DNA of 42,636 bases from positions 1-42,636 of the forward strand of contig JBGFRZ010000077.1 of assembly GCA_041694835.1 (NCBI GenBank). Direction: 5' to 3'. The translations under genes were made by a program, and so were the position numbers. The stretch is from Ignavibacteria bacterium (GTDB lineage: Bacteria > Elusimicrobiota > Endomicrobiia > PHAN01). Below the pieces are notes generated by a model, which was not told the DNA's origin, ran no database searches, and worked only from the letters and a program-made list of their open reading frames with translations. Below are positions 19,161-27,505 of this stretch, one piece after another. Each line of letters begins with the position of its first letter. Position 1 is the stretch's first letter.

Positions 19161-20010
19161 CGCTTTCTACGAGCCCGGCATCTCGGCAAACGCGCTTTCG
19201 CGCGCGAGCGGCGGCTCCGGCGGACTTTCAAGCAAAAATGCATGGCTCAATCCCGCCCTTGCGGGACTATCTGAGAAAGTAGTAGAAGTCCATACAAATT
19301 ACAGAAAATTCTTTTTAGGGATGCCTTATGAAAAAGATATTCCCGGCTACATTGCCCCGGACATAAGCGAAAAAAACGTCTCTTTATTCGTGCCTGTTGA
19401 GGGTTTATCAGGTGGAGTTTCTTTTTCAGACGTGTCGTTGACCAACACATATTCGCAAAGCGTTTACGCTTTGTATCTTGCGAAATCACTTAAAGATGTA
19501 ATATATACCACCGACTTTGAGGATATTTATCTGGGTCTTTCGCTCAAATACGTTAGCATCAGTTACGAACCAGATGAATATACAAGAGAATTTTTCGCTA
19601 AATATTCAAGCAACAAAGGGGCTTTAACGGGGGATTTCGGGGTATTGTACAAAAGAGATTCTTTCGGCGCTGGAGTTTCAGTCAAAAATTTCATTCCATC
19701 AAATATTGGAATATATGAAAATGTTGGTATCCCCGCCAAAATTCTTATGGGAGTTTCGAAGAAAATGTCGAATTTTAATATTCAACTCGACGCACTGTTT
19801 GATAATTCCAGGAGAAATTATGACATAATGCCATCTATTGAACTTCATCTTTTCAAGGTCTCCTGGCGCGCCGGCCTGGGCCTTTCAAAAATCACGACGG
19901 GCTTCGGGATTTCTTGGGGTGACCTTGATATGGATTTCGCTTTTGTCTACCCTTACAGGATGGAAGGAAATTTTCTGGATGCCGTCGTTGGATTGAGTTA
20001 TAGGATGTAA
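18919..20010 (+). CDS. Divergent PorV/PorP-like outer-membrane beta-barrel with repeat-encoded leader
   Basis: GISANALSRAS...AWLNPALAG echoes the ARxxAMG...NPAGL motif. Alternating beta-strands. Ends VVGLSYRM. Confidence 0.65.
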   Translation: MRGQRTEWQSTSAQEHKCTRAAENREQERENRGLVARGSWLVAHFLQPPSTSHQSPIYPLFAICYLLFTIPYTLSPIPYLYAFYEPGISANALSRASGGSGGLSSKNAWLNPALAGLSEKVVEVHTNYRKFFLGMPYEKDIPGYIAPDISEKNVSLFVPVEGLSGGVSFSDVSLTNTYSQSVYALYLAKSLKDVIYTTDFEDIYLGLSLKYVSISYEPDEYTREFFAKYSSNKGALTGDFGVLYKRDSFGAGVSVKNFIPSNIGIYENVGIPAKILMGVSKKMSNFNIQLDALFDNSRRNYDIMPSIELHLFKVSWRAGLGLSKITTGFGISWGDLDMDFAFVYPYRMEGNFLDAVVGLSYRM

Positions 20011-20026
20011 CGACAATCGGTAATCT

Positions 20027-20080
20027 GTGGCTGGTGACTCGTGACTGGTGACTGGAGGGAACAAACCACGAGTCACGAGT
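20027..20080 (-). repeat. Short cassette fragment in minus orientation
   Basis: gtggctggtgactcgtgactggtgactggagggaacaaaccacgagtcacgag is the reverse complement of the GTGGCTC/CACCAGT block. Confidence 0.75.
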
Positions 20081-20087
20081 ATTTGAT

Positions 20088-21398
20088 ATGAAAAACGAAC
20101 TCATCGCCCAGAATGCGATTTTATTTCTTATTCTATCGTCTCTCTCGATAATCGGTTTAATAATCAGATATCCATCTTACATATATGTCATTTATCCGAC
20201 GGTTTGTATAATTATTTTTTTAAGTTTTGTAACAAACAACTTATTTATATCTTTCATACTCTTGTCTTTTTTTTCACTCATTTCATTCATCGGAGTGATA
20301 ATATCTATGCCGTATAATCGCGTAACATTCCTTTTGACTTTGCTCTTTTCATGGGCGATATTTTTCATAATGAACAAACACACTCAAATTCTTGAAAATA
20401 TTTCTTCGGAATTTTGCGAGAAACGGGAAAGCGGCGAGATAAAACTCAATGAAATTAAAAATAAAATAATTTTATCAAAAGCGGGCATCGATTCTTATGA
20501 GACCAGAATAAAAAATTATGGTCTACTTGACAATTTTCTCAATTCCGCGCTTAGGGATCTGGGTAGCGAAGACTTCTTGTCTTCTTTGAAAAAAACTATA
20601 GAAGGTTATCTGATCGGGGATGTGACACTCAATTTTGTAAAAAAGGAAGAGATGGGTTTTAACCCTCCGTCCTCTCCGGTTATTTCGGCTGATTCGAAGC
20701 GCATAGTGTCCCCGTTTAATATGGAATCCTCAAACTTCGATTACGCCATTTTGAAATCCGGTGGACAAAATTTTACGGATTCCGATTTCAGATTTTTTTC
20801 TATGATTCTGGATTTATCAAAGATAGCCGTTTTGAACGCCGAATTGTATCAGAAAACACAATCTCTTTCGATTTTAGACGGACTAACAAGCCTTTATACG
20901 AGAGGATATTTTGAAGAGCGTTTCAATGAAGAGTTTGAACTCGCCAAAGGCCACACTCTGCCTCTGTCTGTCGCGATGATCGACATAGATTATTTCAAAA
21001 AAATAAACGACATACATGGTCATGCGACCGGCGATGAAGTTTTGAAGTCGCTGTCTTATATTTTAAGGCACCGCTTGAGAGATGTAGATATTATCGGCAG
21101 ATATGGCGGGGAAGAGTTTGCTGTGATTATGCCGAATACAAAAATCGCAGACGCTTACCTGCTCGCTGAAGATATAAGGAATATAATTTCGGGGGAAAGA
21201 TTTTTAGTCAGCAAATCCGAGCATAGCAAAAGTGTACATATAACTATCAGCATCGGTTTTTCCGCGCTCGAAGAATGGATAAAAACGCCGGAAGAGTTGA
21301 TTGCCGCAGCGGACAAAAATCTTTATGAGGCGAAAAATTCAGGCAGAAACAAGTGTTATCCGAAATTGTCTACCAGGAAGGGGCATGACCTATCTTGA
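20088..21398 (+). CDS. Membrane-anchored diguanylate cyclase (GGDEF)
   Basis: About 4 N-terminal hydrophobic helices and a coiled coil. DGLTSLYTR, DIDYFKKINDIHGHATGD, RDVD I-site, GRYGGEEF. Confidence 0.92.
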   Translation: MKNELIAQNAILFLILSSLSIIGLIIRYPSYIYVIYPTVCIIIFLSFVTNNLFISFILLSFFSLISFIGVIISMPYNRVTFLLTLLFSWAIFFIMNKHTQILENISSEFCEKRESGEIKLNEIKNKIILSKAGIDSYETRIKNYGLLDNFLNSALRDLGSEDFLSSLKKTIEGYLIGDVTLNFVKKEEMGFNPPSSPVISADSKRIVSPFNMESSNFDYAILKSGGQNFTDSDFRFFSMILDLSKIAVLNAELYQKTQSLSILDGLTSLYTRGYFEERFNEEFELAKGHTLPLSVAMIDIDYFKKINDIHGHATGDEVLKSLSYILRHRLRDVDIIGRYGGEEFAVIMPNTKIADAYLLAEDIRNIISGERFLVSKSEHSKSVHITISIGFSALEEWIKTPEELIAAADKNLYEAKNSGRNKCYPKLSTRKGHDLS

Positions 21399-22641
21399 TA
21401 TATTAAACTTGAACATCGGATATGCTATCGGCATATCACATTTATTTGCCCCAACCTTCTTTCCGCGAACACAGAATTTTTTTCGTAAAAGTCGCTTTTT
21501 TTTTATTCTTATGGTCGCATGGTTTGTTTTTTCGATTTTTGCGGAGAAGAACGCATTTTACATAATCTTCGGCCCTTCGCTGTTTTTTGTTCTAACAACT
21601 TTTTACCGCTTAAACTTTGAGAAGAACGTTTCTTATGCAGAATCCAAGAATACCATCAATTTGGGAACACTTGAATCGGAGATAGAAGAAAACTTAAAAA
21701 CCCTTAAAGTTTTGAAAGCGAAAGAAAATGCTCTTGCCAATCAACTTGAAAAAATCACGAAAAACTGCATGATTTCAAAAGAAACACTCTCACAGCTGAA
21801 AAAGCCGGATTTCTGCCAAAAAACGCTGGATATTCTGGTTTCGCTCGATGGAGTAAGAAGCGCCGCTATATTTGACAACGCCCTGATATGCGCCCGTCCG
21901 AAGGAGAAATCTGAAATTTTTGCGTCCGTTTTTGATGATTTTATAAGGGAAAAAACTTTGCAAAATCGGGAAATACTTCCATTCACTATGCATTACGGCA
22001 ATTCGATAACAGGACACATATTCATTGAATGCGAAACTCAGAAACAGGAGAGTTTAAAAACGACTATAAACTATATGAAGCCGGCTTTTTCTATGGGGTT
22101 CAGACGCGCCGCATTGTTTGAAGAATACGAACTCAAATCAAGGCACGATTCTCTGACGGGACTGATAAACAGGAGATATCTTGAAAGCAAGCTTGAAACC
22201 GAATATTATCGCGCTAAGAGATACGGAAACAAATTTGCCGTCGCAATGCTTGATATAGATTATTTTAAAAAGGTCAATGATGTCTATGGTCACCTTGCCG
22301 GCGACAGTGTTTTGAAAATAGTGGGAGACATGCTTTCATCGCTTGAATATCCGGGCGCTTTTGCAGGTAGATACGGCGGTGAGGAGTTTGTGGTTTGTCT
22401 GCCATTTTGTGACAAGGAAAATGCCGGAAAGGCAGCGGAAGAAATTCGCAAAAAAATTTACGGTCACGATTTTTTGATAGATTCCGATAAAATGATAAAA
22501 TTAAAAATCGCGGCCAGCATCGGCGTTGCTGGTTATCCAACAGATGCCGATGAAATCAAAAAACTGCTCTCTTGTGCCGATGCAGCTTTGTATAAGGCGA
22601 AAGAAGTTGGCAGAAACCGAACCGTGGTTTATAGTCGATAG
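21385..22641 (+). CDS. Membrane-anchored diguanylate cyclase (GGDEF), no RxxD I-site
   Basis: ATG 21385 after a purine-rich RBS (ORF open from 21301). DSLTGLINRR, DIDYFKKVNDVYGHLAGD, GRYGGEEF. Confidence 0.92.
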   Translation: MTYLDILNLNIGYAIGISHLFAPTFFPRTQNFFRKSRFFFILMVAWFVFSIFAEKNAFYIIFGPSLFFVLTTFYRLNFEKNVSYAESKNTINLGTLESEIEENLKTLKVLKAKENALANQLEKITKNCMISKETLSQLKKPDFCQKTLDILVSLDGVRSAAIFDNALICARPKEKSEIFASVFDDFIREKTLQNREILPFTMHYGNSITGHIFIECETQKQESLKTTINYMKPAFSMGFRRAALFEEYELKSRHDSLTGLINRRYLESKLETEYYRAKRYGNKFAVAMLDIDYFKKVNDVYGHLAGDSVLKIVGDMLSSLEYPGAFAGRYGGEEFVVCLPFCDKENAGKAAEEIRKKIYGHDFLIDSDKMIKLKIAASIGVAGYPTDADEIKKLLSCADAALYKAKEVGRNRTVVYSR

Positions 22642-22908
22642 CGGATAGAGATGAGAGGTGAGAGAATAGCGTATAGAGAATAGAGGATAGCAAACAGCAA
22701 ATAGCGAATAGTGAATAGCAAATAGCAAATAGTGAATAGCGAATAGCAAATAGTGGATAGAGGAGGAAGGTGAGAGATGAGGGGTTTTTCCCTGACTTCT
22801 GACCTCTGACCTCTGTCCCCTGACCCCTGTCCTCTGTTCTCTGCTGCACTTGTGCTCTTGTGCACTTGTGCTCTGCCACTCTGTCCTCTGACTTATGCTC
22901 TTGTGCTT
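22642..22908 (-). repeat. Full modular cassette in minus orientation (intergenic)
   Basis: 22647-22796 is the exact reverse complement of 27710-27859. Confidence 0.92.
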
Positions 22909-22917
22909 GGAGGGAAA

Positions 22918-23847
22918 ATGAATATAAATTTTAAAACAAAGTCTCGCGAAACATTAATCGCTTTTATATTTTTGGCGCCTTTTCTGGTTATATTTTCTAT
23001 ATTCCTCGTTTACCCTATATTTTATTCTCTATATTTAAGTTTCCGCCACGTCGCCGCAGATACAGATCTATTTAATGTTTTTTCCGACATGAGATTCGTT
23101 GGGCTTAAAAATTATGTTACACTCGTTAAAGATTATCACTTCTGGTGGTCGCTCCTTATGACATTTTACTACGCCTTACTTTACATCCCGCTTTTGATTT
23201 TTACTTCGCTTATTCTTGCGGTTTTGCTGAATAATCAGTTGAAAGGCCATTCTTTTTTCAGATCCGCCTACTTTATGCCGAACGTCCTCGATATGTTCGT
23301 AGTGGGTACTATTTGGATGTTCCTCTATGCGCCGCAGGGCGGGATAATCTCCCAAATATTGAATTTCCTTGGCATAGAGTATTTCGCAAGGGAAGGAATT
23401 CTCGGCAATCCAAGAACCGCCATGCTTGGTGTTGTAATAGCACTGGTTCTTAAAAATGCCGGGTTTGGAATGATATTATTTCTTGCGGCGATTCAGAATA
23501 TACCTCAGTCTGTTTACGAGGCAGCCGACATAGATGGAGCAAACAACTGGCAGAAGTTCGCGAAAATTACGATACCGCTGGTGCGCCCCATAATACTTTT
23601 TATGGTGATAACAGGAATGATAGGAGCGCTTAATTCTTTCACTGAAATATATGCAATGACCTCGGGCAAACCGAGTATTGTGGTTTTTGGAAAGACAATG
23701 GAAGCGACGAGAGTCACCGGTTACTATTTATTTAGACAATGGGACAGAATGAACTACGGCTATGCCGCGGCGATGAGCTATTTCTTGCTCATAATAACAT
23801 TGTTCGTCTCGTATATAAACGCAAAAATCCTAAAATCACATCATTGA
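22918..23847 (+). CDS. Carbohydrate ABC transporter permease (MalF/UgpA type)
   Basis: GGAGG RBS then ATG 22918. FVGLKNY and the EAA loop IPQSVYEAADIDGANNWQKF. Six hydrophobic segments. Confidence 0.93.
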   Translation: MNINFKTKSRETLIAFIFLAPFLVIFSIFLVYPIFYSLYLSFRHVAADTDLFNVFSDMRFVGLKNYVTLVKDYHFWWSLLMTFYYALLYIPLLIFTSLILAVLLNNQLKGHSFFRSAYFMPNVLDMFVVGTIWMFLYAPQGGIISQILNFLGIEYFAREGILGNPRTAMLGVVIALVLKNAGFGMILFLAAIQNIPQSVYEAADIDGANNWQKFAKITIPLVRPIILFMVITGMIGALNSFTEIYAMTSGKPSIVVFGKTMEATRVTGYYLFRQWDRMNYGYAAAMSYFLLIITLFVSYINAKILKSHH

Positions 23848-24698
23848 TGGAGGAAAACGTGAACGACAAAAAAACCATGGGTCTCTTAAAAAAGTCATTT
23901 CTTTACTCGGCATTGGCTGCTGGCTCCGTGTTTGTGTTGTTTCCTTTTTTCTGGATGATATTCATAGCGTTTAAGCCCGATGAGCATGTCTTTGCGTTGA
24001 ATTTTGTACTACAGCATCCTCTGTTCAAGAACTTCATAGATATTTGGACAAACCCATCATATCCTTTCGGAAGATTTTTCGTCAACAGCGTTATAGTGGC
24101 TGTATCCGGGGGGCTCTTCACCACATTTTTTTGCTCGCTCGGGGGATATGTTTTTGCGAAAAAAAATTTTTATCTGAAGGAACAAATATTCTGGACGCTA
24201 CTTGCTACTATGATGATTCCCGGAATGATGTTTCTGGTGCCGCAGTTTGCCATTGTTACGAAACTTGGATGGGTAAATACTTACAGCGGTATGATTGTCC
24301 CTCATCTTGCCAATGTCTTCGGCATTTTTCTGATGCGTCAGTATATGGAAACGATTCCGACAAGCGTTATCGAGTCGGCAAAAATCGACGGAGCAAACGA
24401 ATGGCAGATATATTACACATTGATAGTGCCGCTATCTATGACGATTATAACTATGGTTTTTCTCTTGAGTTTTCTTTTTCACTGGTCTAATTTTCTATGG
24501 CATCTTGTAGTCAATACCCCTGAGTCGGATAAACTCACGCTTCCCATAGGACTTGCACTTTTCAAGGGCCAGTATACGGCAGATTGGGCCAAAATGATGG
24601 CTGCGGCGTGCTTCAGCATAATACCCATAGCGGCGATATTTGTCTTTGCTCAGAAGTTTTTCATTGAAGGACTTACGTCGGGTGCAGTGAAGGAATAA
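23847..24698 (+). CDS. Carbohydrate ABC transporter permease (MalG/UgpE type)
   Basis: Start is ATG 23847 or GTG 23859. IPTSVIESAKIDGANEW and C-terminal QKFFIEGLTSGAVKE. Confidence 0.93.
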   Translation: MEENVNDKKTMGLLKKSFLYSALAAGSVFVLFPFFWMIFIAFKPDEHVFALNFVLQHPLFKNFIDIWTNPSYPFGRFFVNSVIVAVSGGLFTTFFCSLGGYVFAKKNFYLKEQIFWTLLATMMIPGMMFLVPQFAIVTKLGWVNTYSGMIVPHLANVFGIFLMRQYMETIPTSVIESAKIDGANEWQIYYTLIVPLSMTIITMVFLLSFLFHWSNFLWHLVVNTPESDKLTLPIGLALFKGQYTADWAKMMAAACFSIIPIAAIFVFAQKFFIEGLTSGAVKE

Positions 24699-24752
24699 TA
24701 ACAAGTAGCGAGTCGTGGGTAGATACTATATAGGGAAATAGAGGATAAAATT

Positions 24753-26234
24753 ATGAAACTAAAAAGTCAGAGCAATAGAGCAATAGAGGAGCAGAGCAGA
24801 GTGAGTATAGAGTACAGAGGACAGAGAACAGAGAACAGAGGATTAGTGGCTCGTGGCTCGTGGTTCGTTGCTCGTTGCTCATTTCCTCCAGCCACCAGCC
24901 ACAAGTCACCAGTCACCAACCACTATTCGCTATTTGCTATTCGCTCTCCTTACTTCCTACTCCTTACTTCTTACTTCTTACTTCTACCTATAAGTGGATG
25001 CGTCCCGAAGGTGAAAGAAGCGATAGCCGACGGAAAAAAGGTCATCACCATCTGGGAAACATATAATAACGAAGAACACGAATGTTTTAAGGAAATAGTC
25101 GCTGAATTTGAAAAGGCAAATCCCGACATAAAAATCAAAGTTCAAAGAATTCCTTTTGACCAGCATGTAACAAAACTTAAGGTCGCAATGATTACTCACA
25201 CCGCGCCGGATATAGCGCGCGTTGATGTGGCTTTTATGCCGCGACTTGTAAAATCCAAGGCAGTCATAAATCTGGCCGACTACGGCGCCGCGAAATTAAC
25301 GACGGAACTCGTTCCCGCTGCAATCAACTCGAATATTTTTGACGAAAGTTTCTATGTTAGCGGCTCCTCATCTGACAAAAAAGGCGTTTTTGGAATTTCA
25401 GACCAGACTACGGGTGTTGCTTTGTTTTACAACAAAAAACTTTTTGCCAAAGCGGAAATTTCCGCCCCGCCTAAAACATGGAGCGAGTTTATATCTGTAG
25501 CTAAAAAACTTACCAAAGACACCGACGGCGATAAAAAAATCGACCAATACGGATTTGCCGCCGATTTGTCTTTATGGTGGACATTTCCGTTCTTTAACAC
25601 TTATGGTGTTCGATTTATAAGTCCCGACGGCAAGTCATGTCTCCTGGATTCTAAAAACGCAAGAGACGCTCTTCAGTTGAAAGTGGATTTATATAAGAAA
25701 TACGAGGTCGAAGCCGGTGCCTGGCAATCCGGAGCCATCAGCCCGGATACTGGATTTATAAATCAAAAGTATGCAATGATTTTTTCCGGGCCGTGGAATC
25801 TTAAAAGATTCAAAAACGCGAAACTACCATTTGGAGTGGCGCTTATACCGTCTGGGCCTGCCGGAACATCTACGAATGTTGGGGGCACTAATATGACGGT
25901 TTTTAGGACCTCTAAATATCCGCAGGAGGCATATAAATTTCTTGCATATCTTGTTTCCCCAAAAGTGCAGAAAAAATGGGCGGAATCCCTTAGTCAGATA
26001 CCTGTTAACCTAAAGTCATACTCAATGGTTGACACGTCCAAACTTCCGGAATTGCAAGTATTTATGGAGCAGATGAAAACGGCCGTAGCCAGGCCACCCG
26101 TACTTGATTACGACGAACTGGAAAACATAATGAACTCGGAGATGTATGCCGCCTTGTCGGGACAAAAAACTGTCGAACATGCACTAAAAGATGCTGTCAA
26201 AGAAATCGATAAGAGGGTATTGAGTTTTGAATAG
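24753..26234 (+). CDS. Sugar ABC transporter substrate-binding lipoprotein with repeat-encoded leader
   Basis: GAGGA RBS. Lipobox-like ISGC at residue 83. FEKANPDIKIKV, LFYNKKLF, PPKTWSEF and AMIFSGPW motifs of SBP family 1. Confidence 0.9.
   Translation: MKLKSQSNRAIEEQSRVSIEYRGQRTENRGLVARGSWFVARCSFPPATSHKSPVTNHYSLFAIRSPYFLLLTSYFLLLPISGCVPKVKEAIADGKKVITIWETYNNEEHECFKEIVAEFEKANPDIKIKVQRIPFDQHVTKLKVAMITHTAPDIARVDVAFMPRLVKSKAVINLADYGAAKLTTELVPAAINSNIFDESFYVSGSSSDKKGVFGISDQTTGVALFYNKKLFAKAEISAPPKTWSEFISVAKKLTKDTDGDKKIDQYGFAADLSLWWTFPFFNTYGVRFISPDGKSCLLDSKNARDALQLKVDLYKKYEVEAGAWQSGAISPDTGFINQKYAMIFSGPWNLKRFKNAKLPFGVALIPSGPAGTSTNVGGTNMTVFRTSKYPQEAYKFLAYLVSPKVQKKWAESLSQIPVNLKSYSMVDTSKLPELQVFMEQMKTAVARPPVLDYDELENIMNSEMYAALSGQKTVEHALKDAVKEIDKRVLSFE
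24767..24990 (+). repeat. Modular tandem-repeat cassette (plus, coding)
   Basis: CAGAGAA, GTGGCTC, CACCAGY, CTATTYG and TACTTCY tracts. Confidence 0.9.
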
Positions 26235-26515
26235 AGGCGAGAGATGAGATGAGAGCACAAGGCACAAGTGCACAAGAGCAGAAGTCAGAGGATAGAGGCC
26301 AGAGTGGCAGAGCACAAGTGCACAAGAGCACAAGTGCAGCAGAGAACAGAGGACAGAGAACAGAGAACAGAGGTCAGAGGTCAGGGAAAAACCCCTCATC
26401 TCTCACCTTCCTCCTCTATCCACTATTTGCTATTCGCTATTCACTATTTGCTATTTGCTATTCACTATTCGCTATCTGCTATTTGCTATTCGCTATCTGC
26501 TACCTTCCACCTTCT
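26235..26515 (+). repeat. Modular tandem-repeat cassette (plus, coding)
   Basis: 26246-26351 is identical to 27520-27625, and 26380-26475 is identical to 27710-27805. Confidence 0.92.
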
Positions 26516-27505
26516 GTTTACGCGGCGCCCCACCACACTATAACCATTGATGGCGATTTATCCGAGTGGGCGTCGGACGAATTGAGAGTTTCCGACGAAA
26601 ACGACTCCGTATGGGACCCGGGGACTGGACTTAATGAAATAAAAAATGTTTTTATCACATGGGATGTGTCCGCATTGTATATTGGTGTTGAAGGGAAAGT
26701 TACCAACAATGGTTTGCTCATTTTTATCGACAGCGGAAGAAACGCGGGTTTTAGCGATTTAAGGCAAATCAATACATGGAACAGAAAGGCAAAATTCAGC
26801 GGATGGTCGCCGGATTTCTTTTACGGAGCATGGGACGGCTCCAACGGAAATTTTTACAGAATTGCTTCGTCGCAAACGGTAGCGGATGTCACGGGTCGGG
26901 TGGCATTGAAAAATTCAAAAAGTTCCTTGCGTCCCGGATGGGAAATTAGAATTCCTTTTGACCTTATTTATTCGATGGGAAATTCCGTGCCGCGAAATAC
27001 TCAAATTAAGTTGTGCGCCGCCATCGTAACAGGCGATGTAGGGAGTGATTCTTACGGTAACTACGGCTATATCGGAGGCGACACCGCACCAAATAATACA
27101 TTTACTGGTTTGGCCGAAGCTACGCTGGGGAGTTTCGGAGTCATTATGTTAGATAAAAATTCCGACGGGCTACCCGACGATTCATTTGCAGGAATAACCT
27201 TAAACCTAAGCGAAATAAAAATAACACCCGTTAGATTTGCCCCAAAAATATATACGAATGCGGTTGTCTCATTCAATATTTCAAAAGCAGCAAAGGCATC
27301 TGCATCTGTATATGATTTGAACGGAAAACTTGTAAAATCGCTTTCAGAGTCTGTTGGTTCGACGGATTTTCAAAAATCCTATCTTTGGGATGCTAAGGAC
27401 ACCGACGGAAGACATGTTGACGGAGGAGTTTATATAGTGAACATAAAAGCCGAGACATCGACCGAAAGCCGAAGGGTTAACAAAGCGCTCGTGGTGATAA
27501 GATGA
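26249..27505 (+). CDS. Secreted DOMON/CBM9-like protein with C-terminal FlgD-Ig/T9SS-like sorting domain and repeat-encoded leader
   Basis: ITIDGDLSEW...NEIKNVFITWDVSALYIGV (paralog of 16693). C-terminal VYDLNGKLVKSL...WDAKDTDG...GGVYIVNI...VVIR. Confidence 0.8.
   Translation: MRAQGTSAQEQKSEDRGQSGRAQVHKSTSAAENRGQRTENRGQRSGKNPSSLTFLLYPLFAIRYSLFAICYSLFAICYLLFAICYLPPSVYAAPHHTITIDGDLSEWASDELRVSDENDSVWDPGTGLNEIKNVFITWDVSALYIGVEGKVTNNGLLIFIDSGRNAGFSDLRQINTWNRKAKFSGWSPDFFYGAWDGSNGNFYRIASSQTVADVTGRVALKNSKSSLRPGWEIRIPFDLIYSMGNSVPRNTQIKLCAAIVTGDVGSDSYGNYGYIGGDTAPNNTFTGLAEATLGSFGVIMLDKNSDGLPDDSFAGITLNLSEIKITPVRFAPKIYTNAVVSFNISKAAKASASVYDLNGKLVKSLSESVGSTDFQKSYLWDAKDTDGRHVDGGVYIVNIKAETSTESRRVNKALVVIR

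Noticed and set aside
22852-22917. Longer starts for the permeases (22852, 23739) and second DGC (21301)
   Set aside because: The extensions run through repeat DNA or overlap upstream genes, and better RBS/ATG starts exist downstream.
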